Of a stretch of 64,000 nucleotides of DNA, positions 30,409-40,050 are shown one piece after another. Position 1 is the stretch's first letter; each line of letters opens with the position of its first letter. Under the pieces are notes generated by a model. That model had not been told where the DNA came from. It saw only the letters and a list, made by a program, of their open reading frames with translations, and searched no databases. Location: the NCBI GenBank assembly GCA_046536595.1, contig JAWDMM010000002.1, forward strand, positions 6,248-70,247. The letters run 5' to 3'. A program made the position numbers and the translations under genes. Source of the DNA: Nitrososphaeria archaeon. GTDB lineage: Archaea; Thermoproteota; Nitrososphaeria; Conexivisphaerales; UBA164.

Positions 30409-30930
30409 TTAAAGCCAGTTTTCGTCTGCAGTAAACCTGACAAGCGCCATTACGATTCCTTCCTTTAAATAGTCTTTTCTCGTTACTTTTCCTTTTGTAT
30501 ATATACCTATGGCCCCTAAACCTTTTTTCAGGTCTTTCATGCCAGTGATTTTGTCCATAACTTCGCCGAGCTCTTCGCCATTTTTAATTCTTGTCCAAAC
30601 GCTATCAGGTACAGGGAAGCTACCCGTCATTCCGAAGGAAATTAAGCCGTCTTTTCTTGCTATGCATACAGCTGTAGTTATGAACCTATAGCCGTAAAGC
30701 TCAAGGGCCCCACCCTCTATCCCTACTCCGTATTCTGCTCCAGAAACAAGATTTATCGACTTTAAAGCTCTGTTCTTTGCACCTGTGAAGAGCATCTCGT
30801 TAAAAGGCTGGGGCGGCACTTCAGGATCAACTTCTACGCCTTTGACGTTTACGTCTTTAAAAAAGGTTCGAAAAGCTTCGAGCGTAGCTTCAACCTTCAA
30901 CTCGTTTGATGTGCCCACTGCAACAATCAT
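30409..30930 (-). CDS. Non-canonical purine NTP phosphatase (YjjX/DUF84 family)
   Basis: 173 aa. N-terminus MIVAVGTSNELKVEA and overall size match the inosine/xanthosine triphosphatase family. Confidence 0.7.
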   Translation of the reverse strand: MIVAVGTSNELKVEATLEAFRTFFKDVNVKGVEVDPEVPPQPFNEMLFTGAKNRALKSINLVSGAEYGVGIEGGALELYGYRFITTAVCIARKDGLISFGMTGSFPVPDSVWTRIKNGEELGEVMDKITGMKDLKKGLGAIGIYTKGKVTRKDYLKEGIVMALVRFTADENWL

Positions 30931-30985
30931 ACAATGGGTTTAATAAAAAAGGCTAATAAAATTTGGGAAAATATTGTTAAATAAA

Positions 30986-33238
30986 TCACAAAAGTAAAAA
31001 AAGCAGATGGTTTATTGCTGCTGGTAAATAAAGCGACATAGATACAGAGTAAGTTCCTAAAAGCTTGTCGAGGATGACTATAGCTGAAGCAAACACCACT
31101 GAAACCGTGTTTACCACCTTTATAAGGGGGTTCAGTGAAGGTCCTGTTGTGTCCTTAAATGGGTCGCCAACCACATCGCCAACTACAGCGTTCTTGTGCG
31201 CAGGGCTTCCTTTACCTCCGAGAGAAGGATCCCCGTTAGCTTCGATGAATTTTTTGGCGTTATCCCAAGCGCTGCCGGCGTTAGCCATGAGAAGAGCCCT
31301 TGGAAAGCCTACAATGATTGTTCCGAGTATAAGTCCTACAAGCGTAACCCATCCAAGGAATACTCCAACCACCACCGGTAGTATTACGGCAAGTAATCCT
31401 GGAAGCATGAACTCGGCGAGTGCGTGTCTGGTAACTATGTCTATAGCCTTTTCGTATTCAGGGCTTGATTTTCCATCAAGTATTCCAGGTATTTCCTTGA
31501 ACTGTCTCCTTATTTCTTGTACGAGCTCCATTGCTGTTTTGCTTACAGAGCTCAACGTTCTGCTGCTGAAAGTGTACACCAATACAGCTCCAAGAAAAGC
31601 CCCTATTATGAGATCCGGGTTTAGCACTGAAGTGCTCGAGAAAGCAAAATCCATTATTTTAGTTACCGGTAAGCCAACGTAAAATCTCTTGACGACTTCA
31701 TAGACAAACCCTATAAAAAGAACTATGGCGGCAAGCCCTGCAGAAGCGATTGCATACCCCTTTGTGGTTGCCTTTGTTGTGTTACCTATAGCATCCAGAG
31801 TGTCCGTATGTTTTCTTACATCTTCAGCCAAACCAGCCATTTCAGCAAGTCCTGAAGCGTTATCAGACACCGGGCCAAAAGAATCCAGAGTTATTACTAT
31901 TCCTGCCATAGAAAGAAGTCCTGTAGATGCAACGGCCGTACCGTATATACCGGCTGTTACCGGCGTGGGATAAGCAATCATAAAGTACCCAAGGTAAAAG
32001 CTTATACCAAGTACAGCTGAAACTGTTAAGAGCACCGGTACTGAGCTCATCAGACCGTAAGCGTATCCAGTAACTATCACGTTGGATGGGCTGATCGCAG
32101 ATTGCTTTGCTATATCCTTTACAGGCCTGTGAGTATAGTGCGTATAGTACTCTGTTATATGTAAAACCATTATGGTCGTTATCATTCCTAGCAGGTCGCA
32201 TATCCAGAGAGCTATAGAGCTCATGTTAAGCCCAAATAAATAATAAAGGAATCCAAGGACTAACAAAGCTGTAACGACTGTAACAAAGTAAAGCGAAAGG
32301 TTAAGCTTCTTCATAACATCTTCTGCATTTTCGGCCTTACCTCTTACAGCCTGAAAACCTGCTATGGTGCTTAGCAGCGCAGAAGCAACTATCAGAAGGG
32401 GTAAGAGATAAAACTTCTCTTGCATACCGAAAACAGATGCTATGAACATAGAACCTGTTACCACTACTACGAGGCTTTCATAAACATCGCTGGACATGCC
32501 TGCAACGTCTCCTACGTTATCTCCTACGTTGTCTGCTATCGTTCCCGGGTTTCTTGGATCGTCTTCAGGGATATTTTCTTCTACCTTTCCTACTATGTCA
32601 GCCCCCCAGTCTGCAGCCTTTGTGTATATACCTCCAGCAACCCTTATGAAAAGGCTCATAAGGCTGGCTCCAAAAGCAACCGGAATCAGCGCTTCAGCCC
32701 ATTGCTGGTTCCAACCAAACAGTAAAAACAAAACTGATATGACAAGGAGCGCTATGCTTGCCAGAACTGTTCCCATAACGCTGCCTGCCCTGAATGATAT
32801 GCTTAATGCTCCTCCAAGGCCGTTTTTCTTAGCTGCCTGGGCAGTCCTCGAAGCGCTTCTCGTAGTTATGTACATTCCAATATAACCCGCAAGGCCGCTG
32901 CCCAAAGCCCCCAGCACAAAAGATATGATAGCCATAAAAGCAAGGATCGGGCTGTTAAGGCCGAAAAAGTAAACAACCCCAACAAGCAAAGCCAGCAAAG
33001 TTCCAACCGGAAGTATGGTTCTGTATTCTCTTGAAAGGAAAGCCCTTGCTCCTGAAGCTATGAGGGAGCTTATCTTTTGCATGTATTCAGTTCCAGGGTC
33101 CTGTTTAAGAACCCAGTAAGCCATGTAGCCTCCATAAACCATGCCTATGAAAGAAATTATCAAAGGAAAAGCCAGAACGCTGTAGTTATAGCCTAATCCT
33201 ATAAGGGCCATGAAGTAAAATGAGAACATTTCGAACAT
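30986..33238 (-). CDS. hppA: Membrane-bound ion-translocating pyrophosphatase
   Basis: 750 aa and polytopic, with GGIYTKAADWGADIVGKVE, DNVGDNVGDVAG, GNTTKATTKG and GDVVGDPFKDTTGPSLNPLIKV motifs. Confidence 0.95.
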   Translation of the reverse strand: MFEMFSFYFMALIGLGYNYSVLAFPLIISFIGMVYGGYMAYWVLKQDPGTEYMQKISSLIASGARAFLSREYRTILPVGTLLALLVGVVYFFGLNSPILAFMAIISFVLGALGSGLAGYIGMYITTRSASRTAQAAKKNGLGGALSISFRAGSVMGTVLASIALLVISVLFLLFGWNQQWAEALIPVAFGASLMSLFIRVAGGIYTKAADWGADIVGKVEENIPEDDPRNPGTIADNVGDNVGDVAGMSSDVYESLVVVVTGSMFIASVFGMQEKFYLLPLLIVASALLSTIAGFQAVRGKAENAEDVMKKLNLSLYFVTVVTALLVLGFLYYLFGLNMSSIALWICDLLGMITTIMVLHITEYYTHYTHRPVKDIAKQSAISPSNVIVTGYAYGLMSSVPVLLTVSAVLGISFYLGYFMIAYPTPVTAGIYGTAVASTGLLSMAGIVITLDSFGPVSDNASGLAEMAGLAEDVRKHTDTLDAIGNTTKATTKGYAIASAGLAAIVLFIGFVYEVVKRFYVGLPVTKIMDFAFSSTSVLNPDLIIGAFLGAVLVYTFSSRTLSSVSKTAMELVQEIRRQFKEIPGILDGKSSPEYEKAIDIVTRHALAEFMLPGLLAVILPVVVGVFLGWVTLVGLILGTIIVGFPRALLMANAGSAWDNAKKFIEANGDPSLGGKGSPAHKNAVVGDVVGDPFKDTTGPSLNPLIKVVNTVSVVFASAIVILDKLLGTYSVSMSLYLPAAINHLLFLLL

Positions 33239-33395
33239 TTTTTCTTCGATTATATATATGTTTTGTGTCCTTATAACTTTAATCCTCTATATCCGTGAAT
33301 AAGGGCTGTAACAGAGTAAAAAAATTTTGTAACCATTTGTATAAATTTAACAAACGTTTATATTTTTATAATAATAATAATTCTGCAGAATAAAA

Positions 33396-34034
33396 TTGTA
33401 TGTTGGCGAACCAGAAATTCAAGCAAAAAGGAAGATACTTGCTGTACTTATTGATGAATGTAGAAAATCGGTAGATGCTATAAGGGAATTTTCGAAGATG
33501 ATCGGCGACAGCAGGAATGCTGATGAAAGTTATTTAAGGATAAAGAATGCTGCAGAAGATGTAAAGGGTTACAGAAGGGCTCTTACAAGAAGCCTTGCCG
33601 AACTTGGAAGCATGATAATCAACAAGGAAGACATAATGAGAGCTGCATATCAGATTGAGGATCTTCTGGACCTGATTGAGGGTACCGCTTTCAGGCTTAA
33701 GCAGTTAACTCCAGAAAGATATTCAAAGTACGGGCTTAACGACGCATTCGCAAAACTGACTGACAGGTTGATCGAAATGATAATAAAGCTGAACGACATG
33801 GTAAAAATGTTACAGATAAATCCAGAAAAAGCGGTTGATATACTACCCGGCATTGAGTTGATAGAAAAAGACATAGATGATACATACAGACAGACGCTTG
33901 TTGAAGCGTTTAACAACATCAGCGATGCAAAGCTGTACATACTGATCAAGGACATACTGGAAAGAATCGATGAAATCTCAGACCTGGTCCTTTCAATTTC
34001 AGATTCAATAATGATAGTTTCGATAGGACTTTGA
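33396..34034 (+). CDS. DUF47/PhoU-like helical protein
   Basis: 212 aa, all-helical with heptad-like repeats, TTG start. The family call rests on overall resemblance only. Confidence 0.45.
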   Translation: MYVGEPEIQAKRKILAVLIDECRKSVDAIREFSKMIGDSRNADESYLRIKNAAEDVKGYRRALTRSLAELGSMIINKEDIMRAAYQIEDLLDLIEGTAFRLKQLTPERYSKYGLNDAFAKLTDRLIEMIIKLNDMVKMLQINPEKAVDILPGIELIEKDIDDTYRQTLVEAFNNISDAKLYILIKDILERIDEISDLVLSISDSIMIVSIGL

Positions 34035-34570
34035 TAAAACCAGCTAAAGGAATTTTATCTGAAAGAAACGTAATAATCTGGGACATCGATCAAGCTAATG
34101 TCATCTATTTCTCAGGATTCTTTGGAAAGCCAATGAACATAAAAAAACCAAAGGGGCCTTTTAAAGAACCGCTGGTGCTTGATCCAATAGAGAGCATTTA
34201 TCTTTCAGAAAAAAAGAAGCTTGAAGTTTACGATGGAGATAAAAAAATTGGACCCACAAGGCTCATGGATTTTTTTAAGAAAAGCTATGAAAGCTTGGAG
34301 GAAAAGTATGCGGTTTACTCTTTTCTGAGAGATCAAGGTTATGTTGTTCTTCCGGGAATAAAGTTTGGCGGAGACTTTGCGGTTTACAGAAAGGGCCCGG
34401 GACTTGAACACGCTCCATACATTTTAAACGTGGTAAAAGAAGGTAAAATTCTTTCTGTAGCAGAAATAGTTTTAGCAGGAAGGTTGGCCAGATCCGTAAA
34501 GAAAAAGTACATTTTTGCTTTAGCATCAGAAAGGCCACTTCTTATAGGGCTCGAATGGTGGAAGCCTTAG
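34031..34570 (+). CDS. endA: tRNA-splicing endonuclease, short (179 aa) homotetramer-type subunit
   Basis: Aligns along its length with the 179-aa M. jannaschii EndA pattern: YSFLRDQGYVVLPGIKFGGDFAVYRKG..HAPYIL..RLARSVKKK..WWKP. Confidence 0.85.
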   Translation: MIKPAKGILSERNVIIWDIDQANVIYFSGFFGKPMNIKKPKGPFKEPLVLDPIESIYLSEKKKLEVYDGDKKIGPTRLMDFFKKSYESLEEKYAVYSFLRDQGYVVLPGIKFGGDFAVYRKGPGLEHAPYILNVVKEGKILSVAEIVLAGRLARSVKKKYIFALASERPLLIGLEWWKP

Positions 34571-34644
34571 TTTATAAATAACTGCCAATTTTCATCTTTT
34601 TACTAGAGATCACGCTCTCACGGACAGGGTAGTTAACGATTTAA

Positions 34645-34719
34645 CGGGCCCGGTGGGATTCGAACCCACGACCTACAGCTTAGGAGGCTGCCGCGCTATC
34701 CAGGCTGCGCTACGGGCCC
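34645..34719 (-). tRNA. tRNA-Arg (anticodon CCU)
   Basis: The reverse complement folds as a cloverleaf: GGGCCCG UA GCGC AGCCUGGAUA GCGC G GCAGC CUCCUAA GCUGU AGGUC GUGGG UUCGAAU CCCAC CGGGCCC G. No CCA is encoded. Confidence 0.9.
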
Positions 34720-34720
34720 G

Positions 34721-34805
34721 TGCGGGGGGTGGGATTTGAACCCACGCACCCCAACGGGACGAGGTTCTAAGCCTCGCGCCATTGACCAGGCTAGGCGACC
34801 CCCGC
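34721..34805 (-). tRNA. tRNA-Leu (anticodon UAG), class II with a long variable arm
   Basis: Reverse complement: GCGGGGG..CGAGG CUUAGAA CCUCG UCCCGUUGGGGUG.. GUGGG UUCAAAU CCCAC CCCCCGC A. Confidence 0.9.
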
Positions 34806-34807
34806 GA

Positions 34808-34879
34808 TGGACCGGGGGGGACTCGAACCCCCGACCTCTCCCATGCCACGGGAGCGTTCTACCCCTGAACTACCGGCCC
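34808..34879 (-). tRNA. tRNA-Ala (anticodon GGC)
   Basis: Reverse complement: GGGCCGG UA GUUC AGGGGUA GAAC G CUCCC GUGGCAU GGGAG AGGUC GGGGG UUCGAGU CCCCC CCGGUCC A. It has the G3:U70 alanine identity pair. Confidence 0.9.
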
Positions 34880-35035
34880 GCATTTATATTTAAAACCTAG
34901 TCCGTTTTTATCCTTTTTGTTCAGATTTGAGTAACTACCTAGTGCTTCTAAGCTCATCGCTGAACTTAACGCATCAGCTCGTTAGTCATGATTTTTTTCC
35001 TAGCGAAGTTTCTTTCTTCTTATCCTTGTGTTCTC

Positions 35036-35187
35036 GGTTCCGTTAACTTAAGCTCATAACCCGTTTACCTTATGCAATCAACAAAATTGGCTTAATCCAT
35101 TCTGAAAGCTGATCTTTGATGTTGCACTGTACCAATTTTTTCGTGAGCACATAGTAAAAGAACCTTAAGGCTTAAGTTAACGGCACC
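35036..35187. mobile_element. 152-bp MITE, an internal-deletion derivative of the IS6-like element at 49290-50052
   Basis: Terminal inverted repeats are ggttccgttaacttaag (35036-35052) and cttaagttaacggcacc (35171-35187). The interior (..caacaaaattggcttaatccattctgaaagctgatc..) matches the reverse complement of the right end of the IS copy (..taacaaaattggcttaatccattcagacagctgatc..). No ORF. Confidence 0.8.
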
Positions 35188-35232
35188 CTCGCGTATAACT
35201 AAAATAAAAAGGAATTATTCAATAGAGCATTA

Positions 35233-36426
35233 TTATTTTGTATTATATTCCCCATGGTTTACTTCTCTAAAGAATTTCAATAATAAAATGATCGAAGAAA
35301 TTTGAAGAATGATAATATATGTAATAATTATACTAATTTGGTTGAAAAAATATCCTACTAAGATGTCAGCTACTAATAACCCATATCCATAAGAGGTATT
35401 TAATATCCCGAATGAGGATCCTCTTTGTTTCTCCTCTATATAACTGCCTACTATTGATCTTGCAACTGTATCGTTGATCCCAGTAAATGCACCAAATAAT
35501 AGACCAAGGAACATGTAAAACAAAATATTGTGAAAACTAACCATTGAAATGATTAATATTGCTAATATAGGACCAAAAATTATTATCTCTTTTCCAATTT
35601 TATCGTATGCTACGCCAAAGATAAATCCGAATATACCTTCACCTACCATAGCAAGCGTGAATATCAATGTTACCTCATACTGTGCCAAAAATCCCTGAGC
35701 CGAAACCAATATAAATGGGATATTATAGATTCCAGCTGCGCTCAAGCCTATCCCGAGAATATAGTACATAAGATGTCTTTTTTTAATTCCTTTTTCTATA
35801 TTTTTTCTAGCTTCAAAGTTTTTCTCCTTTTTTGAATATCTATATGAAGTATATAGAAATAGAATGCTCAAAGTTGCTGGTATTGCCAAAAATAGAAATG
35901 CATGCCTGAAACCATAATTATAAAAAAGCATCGCGGAAATTATTAAGGGACCTATTACAGCACCAGCTTGATCAAGCAAATTCTGTAATGCGAATGAATA
36001 GCCTATCCTATTTTCAGAACCCATTGTTGAAATAACATAATCCCTTGGCGGAATTCTTGTTGCACGACCCAGCCTCTCCATAATGATTAAAATTGACGCA
36101 ACAATGTAATTATTTGCTAGCGCAAGTAATGGTACTGCAAAAAGATTTATTACATAACCTAAAAACATCATCCCCCAGTAGTTTCTTGTTATGTCTGAAA
36201 TCTTTCCTGAAACGGATCTGAATGAATATCCCAAAAAGTCTCCAAGACCCATTACAATACCTAAGGCAAATACGGACCCGCCAAGCACATATGTAAAATA
36301 TTGCGGTATTATGCTTCTTGCGCTTTCGTATGTCATGTCAGCGAAAAAACTCACTATCCCTATCAGAATTATTAGCTTTAAATTTGGACTTATTTTCTTT
36401 ATTCCCTTACTCATATTTGAACTCAC
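35233..36426 (-). CDS. MFS transporter
   Basis: 397 aa and polytopic, with N-terminal FFADMTYESARS and the loop ERLGRATRIPPRD. It is a distant paralog of the MFS gene at 50830-51978. AT-rich. Confidence 0.7.
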   Translation of the reverse strand: MSSNMSKGIKKISPNLKLIILIGIVSFFADMTYESARSIIPQYFTYVLGGSVFALGIVMGLGDFLGYSFRSVSGKISDITRNYWGMMFLGYVINLFAVPLLALANNYIVASILIIMERLGRATRIPPRDYVISTMGSENRIGYSFALQNLLDQAGAVIGPLIISAMLFYNYGFRHAFLFLAIPATLSILFLYTSYRYSKKEKNFEARKNIEKGIKKRHLMYYILGIGLSAAGIYNIPFILVSAQGFLAQYEVTLIFTLAMVGEGIFGFIFGVAYDKIGKEIIIFGPILAILIISMVSFHNILFYMFLGLLFGAFTGINDTVARSIVGSYIEEKQRGSSFGILNTSYGYGLLVADILVGYFFNQISIIITYIIILQISSIILLLKFFREVNHGEYNTK

Positions 36427-36591
36427 TCTGAATTATGTGCATTTCCATCAGCTTATCTATTTCTTGATTTTTTTGTTTTTATAAATTTTTTTATCTTGTT
36501 TAAAATTAAAAATTGTGACATAAGCCCAGAAAGATTAAATGCAAAGACTTGATTTCCCTTTAATATTTGGAATATTTCAAATTTATCAATC

Positions 36592-38086
36592 TGACCTCCT
36601 CCCCGCCCTTGAAGAGGCGAGGGTTACCTGAAGGTCTCAAGGGTTACACCCCTTTACGGGTGCTACTCTGTTGTGATCTACTATGAAAGATATAGGCTTC
36701 TTTACTTTTGAAACAATTACGTTCACTGCTTTTTTGAGAATGTTCAATGCGCCGTTAAGGTCTGAATGAAGTCTGTGTCATTTAGGGCAACTAACTACTC
36801 CTCTCGGGTTTCTGCTGACTTCTACATCATGATAAGCACAGTTCTTTGAAGTATTGTACTCAACAACCTCAAACACTTTCATGCCATACTCTTGAGCCTT
36901 AAATTCTATTGTATCCATGAATTTGCGATAAGACCACAAGTTTACCGTAAATTTATTGCCCTTCTCCTGAGCTATCTCAAAAGGGTAGCCTAAGTATATA
37001 GTTGAAACGCCTAGTTAGTGCAACTCTTTTATTAAGTGCGAAGCAAAGTTCCTGTACAAGTGACGAAATCTTCTCTTTAATTTCCCGTGTAACTTCCTCT
37101 TCTCTTTTAACAACTCCTCATACGCTTTGTATTCGCCCATGTTTTTCGTTTTGTCTGCTAATGATTGTGCTTCTGCTATTTTATTTTCAAAGTAGAAATA
37201 ATCTTCCTTAGCCCTAACGCCTTTGTACAGCAACCAAGTTCCGTCTTCTACTATCACGCTTGCCAAAACGTTGATGCCTAAGTCTATTGAAGTCATTTTG
37301 TTTCCTTTAGGCGATTCGAGCTGAACACTTTTCCTTTCGCCGTGAACAATGTATTTGCTTTTATTTCCCTTTTTAGTTATTTCAACTCCTACATCAACAG
37401 GGATTGAAGCGTACCATGCGTTCTTTGCTTCGTCGTAGTATATTTCAAGCCTTCCCTGTTTACCGTACCACCTCAGCCTGCCTACGAAATCAATTTCAAG
37501 CTCAAAATCCTTGAGGATTAACTTATGGTTCTGCTCGTCCACAACGTACCTGTTTTGTCTAATCACGAGCATTAGCTTCCTCTTCTTTGTTTCTTTATCC
37601 TTCCAGTACTTCGGTGGGCTAATGCGTTTCATGAAGGGTGGCAATTTTCCTTCTTTCTTCAGCTTCAGTAAGGAAAAGAATGAGCTCCAGGCTTCGTTGT
37701 TCTTTTTCATGACTGCTTGAGCGTTAACTCCTAATTCTTCTTTATACTTTTCATAGCATTTGTCCCACGTTGTATCGAAGTCGACATGATGTTGCTGAAA
37801 GAACTGTTGTCTCCTTTCGTAGTTAATTTCGTTGAAGAGTTTCGCTGATATGTTCGCTAACCTTTTTAGTTTCCTTTCTTGGAAACCGTTCGGAAAAAGA
37901 CGCACAATGCTTGTCCTCTTATTCGTGTGCTTAACTTCGTAGATGCCCTCCTCTGGCATTGCGGGAGAATTCGGCTCCCGCCCCTCATGCCCTAAGAGTT
38001 GACCAGAAGAGAGCATTTCAAAACAAAATAGCATTTTTAATTTAAAAGCTTTTACCTCGCCATTTATGGCGAGGTTTGTCATTCAC
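36592..38086 (-). mobile_element. IS200/IS605-family element of the tnpB-only (IS1341-like) type, decayed
   Basis: Bounded by the 10-bp direct repeat tttatcaatc (36582-36591 and 38087-38096). The left end has a perfect subterminal hairpin cctcgcc-atttat-ggcgagg (38055-38074). The right end has a related imperfect hairpin ccccgcc-cttgaaga-ggcgagg (36601-36622). There is no tnpA. Confidence 0.75.
36637..38082 (-). pseudogene. tnpB: tnpB (RNA-guided nuclease family) with two in-frame stops and an eroded zinc finger
   Basis: The tracked ORF 37015..38082 ends at TAA 37015-37017. The same frame continues LGVSTIYLGYPFEIAQEKGNKF..EYNTSKNCAYHDVEVSRNPRGVVSCPK*HRLHSDLNGALNILKKA.. with a second stop at 36778-36780. 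RuvC motifs are present (SIDLGINV, YNTSK, SDLNGALNI). Confidence 0.8.
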
Positions 38087-38129
38087 TTTATCAATCAGAA
38101 GGGTACAGCAGCTTTACAGCGAATACAAA

Positions 38130-38422
38130 AGTACAGGGGTTATTCATGTTCAGAAAAAGGCTGGAAGGCATAAACGGTCCTTGAATCAGATGTAAGGGAG
38201 AAGATAACATTGATGGTTGGAAAGGTTAATCATCCTCAAACAAACGTAAAAGTTGAGTTCTTCGATTCTGTTGATGAATTCATGCAATGGTACAACTTCA
38301 TAAGGCCTCTTGAAGCGTTTGACATTGAAAGATTTGAAACTTCAGCAATAATCTATTATAAGAGGCTTCCTAAAAAGGAGATCGTTGAGCAATCATTCTT
38401 TGATATGCTGGAAGGGGTGTAA
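38130..38422 (+). pseudogene. Heavily deleted remnant of an rve (integrase-core DDE) transposase; copy A
   Basis: 38133-38190 (aaaagtacaggggttattcatgttcagaaaaaggct..) matches 50200-50255. The ORF 38210..38422 encodes only the C-terminal tail: HPQTNVKVEFFDSVDEFMQWYNFIRPLEAFD..ETSAIIYYKRL. Confidence 0.7.
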
Positions 38423-38574
38423 TAATTTGGGAATAAATCTCACTGCAAAAAGTTCGTATATGGTTAAATATTACTTTGGTTAGTTTATTAACATGCTCCT
38501 AAAGGAGCATTAACGGGATGGAGTCCCCTATTAACCGCCTTTTTGGCTGATGACTCCTTTCGAGGTGATATTAA

Positions 38575-40050
38575 TTGGAGTATAAAAGCCTATTAGGTTC
38601 AAAAGGGTCAAAGGCCAATGAAGAGACAATTAGAGACCTAAGAATAGAAGAACTCATAAATGATATTTTGGGGAGTGATAAAAACCAGTTTTTAATTGAT
38701 GTATTTAAAGAGCCACTAAGCAACAAGAATGCAATTGATTTTAGGCTAAAAATATTCAACGATCTTATGGATGAAAAAATTTATAATGCCATAAAAAATT
38801 TTGTAAATAAAATAAAAGATTGCAACAGGTTGATGGATTTAGAGGCTAAAACATATGAAGAGTTTAAGTACGGTTTTCATATTGATGTAGCTCTAATTTA
38901 TGTAAATACGGTCGAAAATACATTAAATTTGATGCGCGAATTAAATACAAAATCAGATGGTATACTTTATTTCATTAACTATCTCGAAAATCTGATTCAG
39001 AGTGATAGATTTCAGGCTTTGAAGAGGATTACATATGAAGCGAAGACTGCCAGGGAAAAAATAAAGGTCAGAATAAACATAAACGGGGACCGAATAAGGG
39101 TTGCAAAGGAAGAAAACGGAGAAGATTTAACATCTAAGATTGAACAGTTGTTTTCGAAATTTAAAGGGCAGCAGGTCCGTGAACTTAAGTTTGATAGATA
39201 TTATGAGCAAATTACTCATATACACGCTGGAATATTAAATGGTGTTTACAGGATATTTAAAGAAGAATTTAACATTATGAAAAAATTAAAAGACGAATTC
39301 CCCGACATAGTAGATGAAGGCATCAAATCGTTTGCAAATGAGTTTGAGTTCTATCTTAAATATATCGAATATATGAAAAGCATTCAATCCAATGGATATA
39401 AATTTTCGATACCTCAATTTACCGAAGATGGGTCAATACACGTCAAAGGATTTTATAATTTGTTATTGGCTAGGAAGAATGTTGCTGTAGCTAATGATAT
39501 CCATACTACAGGTGATAAAAGGGTGTTTATAATAACAGGCATAAATAGCGGGGGAAAAACTACGTTTGCCATTACTTTTGGACAATTAGCATTTCTCTCT
39601 TTAATAGGCGTGCCTATCCCTGCAGAAGAGGCCAAAATATTCTTGTTTTCTAATATAATGACGGCTTTTCCAACAGAAGAGGATAAAATGGAGGATTTAA
39701 GCAGGTTAGAAAAGGATGTAGAAAGAGTACACAACATTTTAAAAACAGCTGATGATAAAACGCTCGTCATAGTTAACGAGCTTTTCTCTTCCACAACTTC
39801 GGAGGAAGGCTTTGAACTAGCAAAGCGTTTTATAGAAAAAATAACAAGCAAAGGATCATATCTTGTTTATGTGACATTTATTACAAAGATAGCCACACTT
39901 GAAAACGTTATCAGTCTTGTGACACAAATACAAGACGAGAAACCGACTTTCAAAATCATAGAAAGCAATCCTCTTTCTAAATATATGGCAATTCAAATAG
40001 CATCTAAGCATCGCCTACTTTATGAAGATATTAAAAGTGATCTTGGATGA
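38575..40050 (+). CDS. MutS-family ABC ATPase (core/lever plus domain V only), paralog 1
   Basis: 491 aa with Walker A ITGINSGGKTTF, a MutS-like signature region EDLSRLEKDVERV, and Walker B TLVIVNELFSSTT. There is no mismatch-binding, Smr or other nuclease domain. TTG start. Confidence 0.75.
   Translation: MEYKSLLGSKGSKANEETIRDLRIEELINDILGSDKNQFLIDVFKEPLSNKNAIDFRLKIFNDLMDEKIYNAIKNFVNKIKDCNRLMDLEAKTYEEFKYGFHIDVALIYVNTVENTLNLMRELNTKSDGILYFINYLENLIQSDRFQALKRITYEAKTAREKIKVRININGDRIRVAKEENGEDLTSKIEQLFSKFKGQQVRELKFDRYYEQITHIHAGILNGVYRIFKEEFNIMKKLKDEFPDIVDEGIKSFANEFEFYLKYIEYMKSIQSNGYKFSIPQFTEDGSIHVKGFYNLLLARKNVAVANDIHTTGDKRVFIITGINSGGKTTFAITFGQLAFLSLIGVPIPAEEAKIFLFSNIMTAFPTEEDKMEDLSRLEKDVERVHNILKTADDKTLVIVNELFSSTTSEEGFELAKRFIEKITSKGSYLVYVTFITKIATLENVISLVTQIQDEKPTFKIIESNPLSKYMAIQIASKHRLLYEDIKSDLG

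Noticed and set aside
34880-35035. A tRNA-derived direct repeat (att) that would define the island as a tRNA-targeted integrative element.
   Set aside because: The island lies on the 5' (promoter) side of the tRNA cluster, and by eye I found no partial tRNA copy near 52-53 kb. The mosaic is better explained by IS activity.
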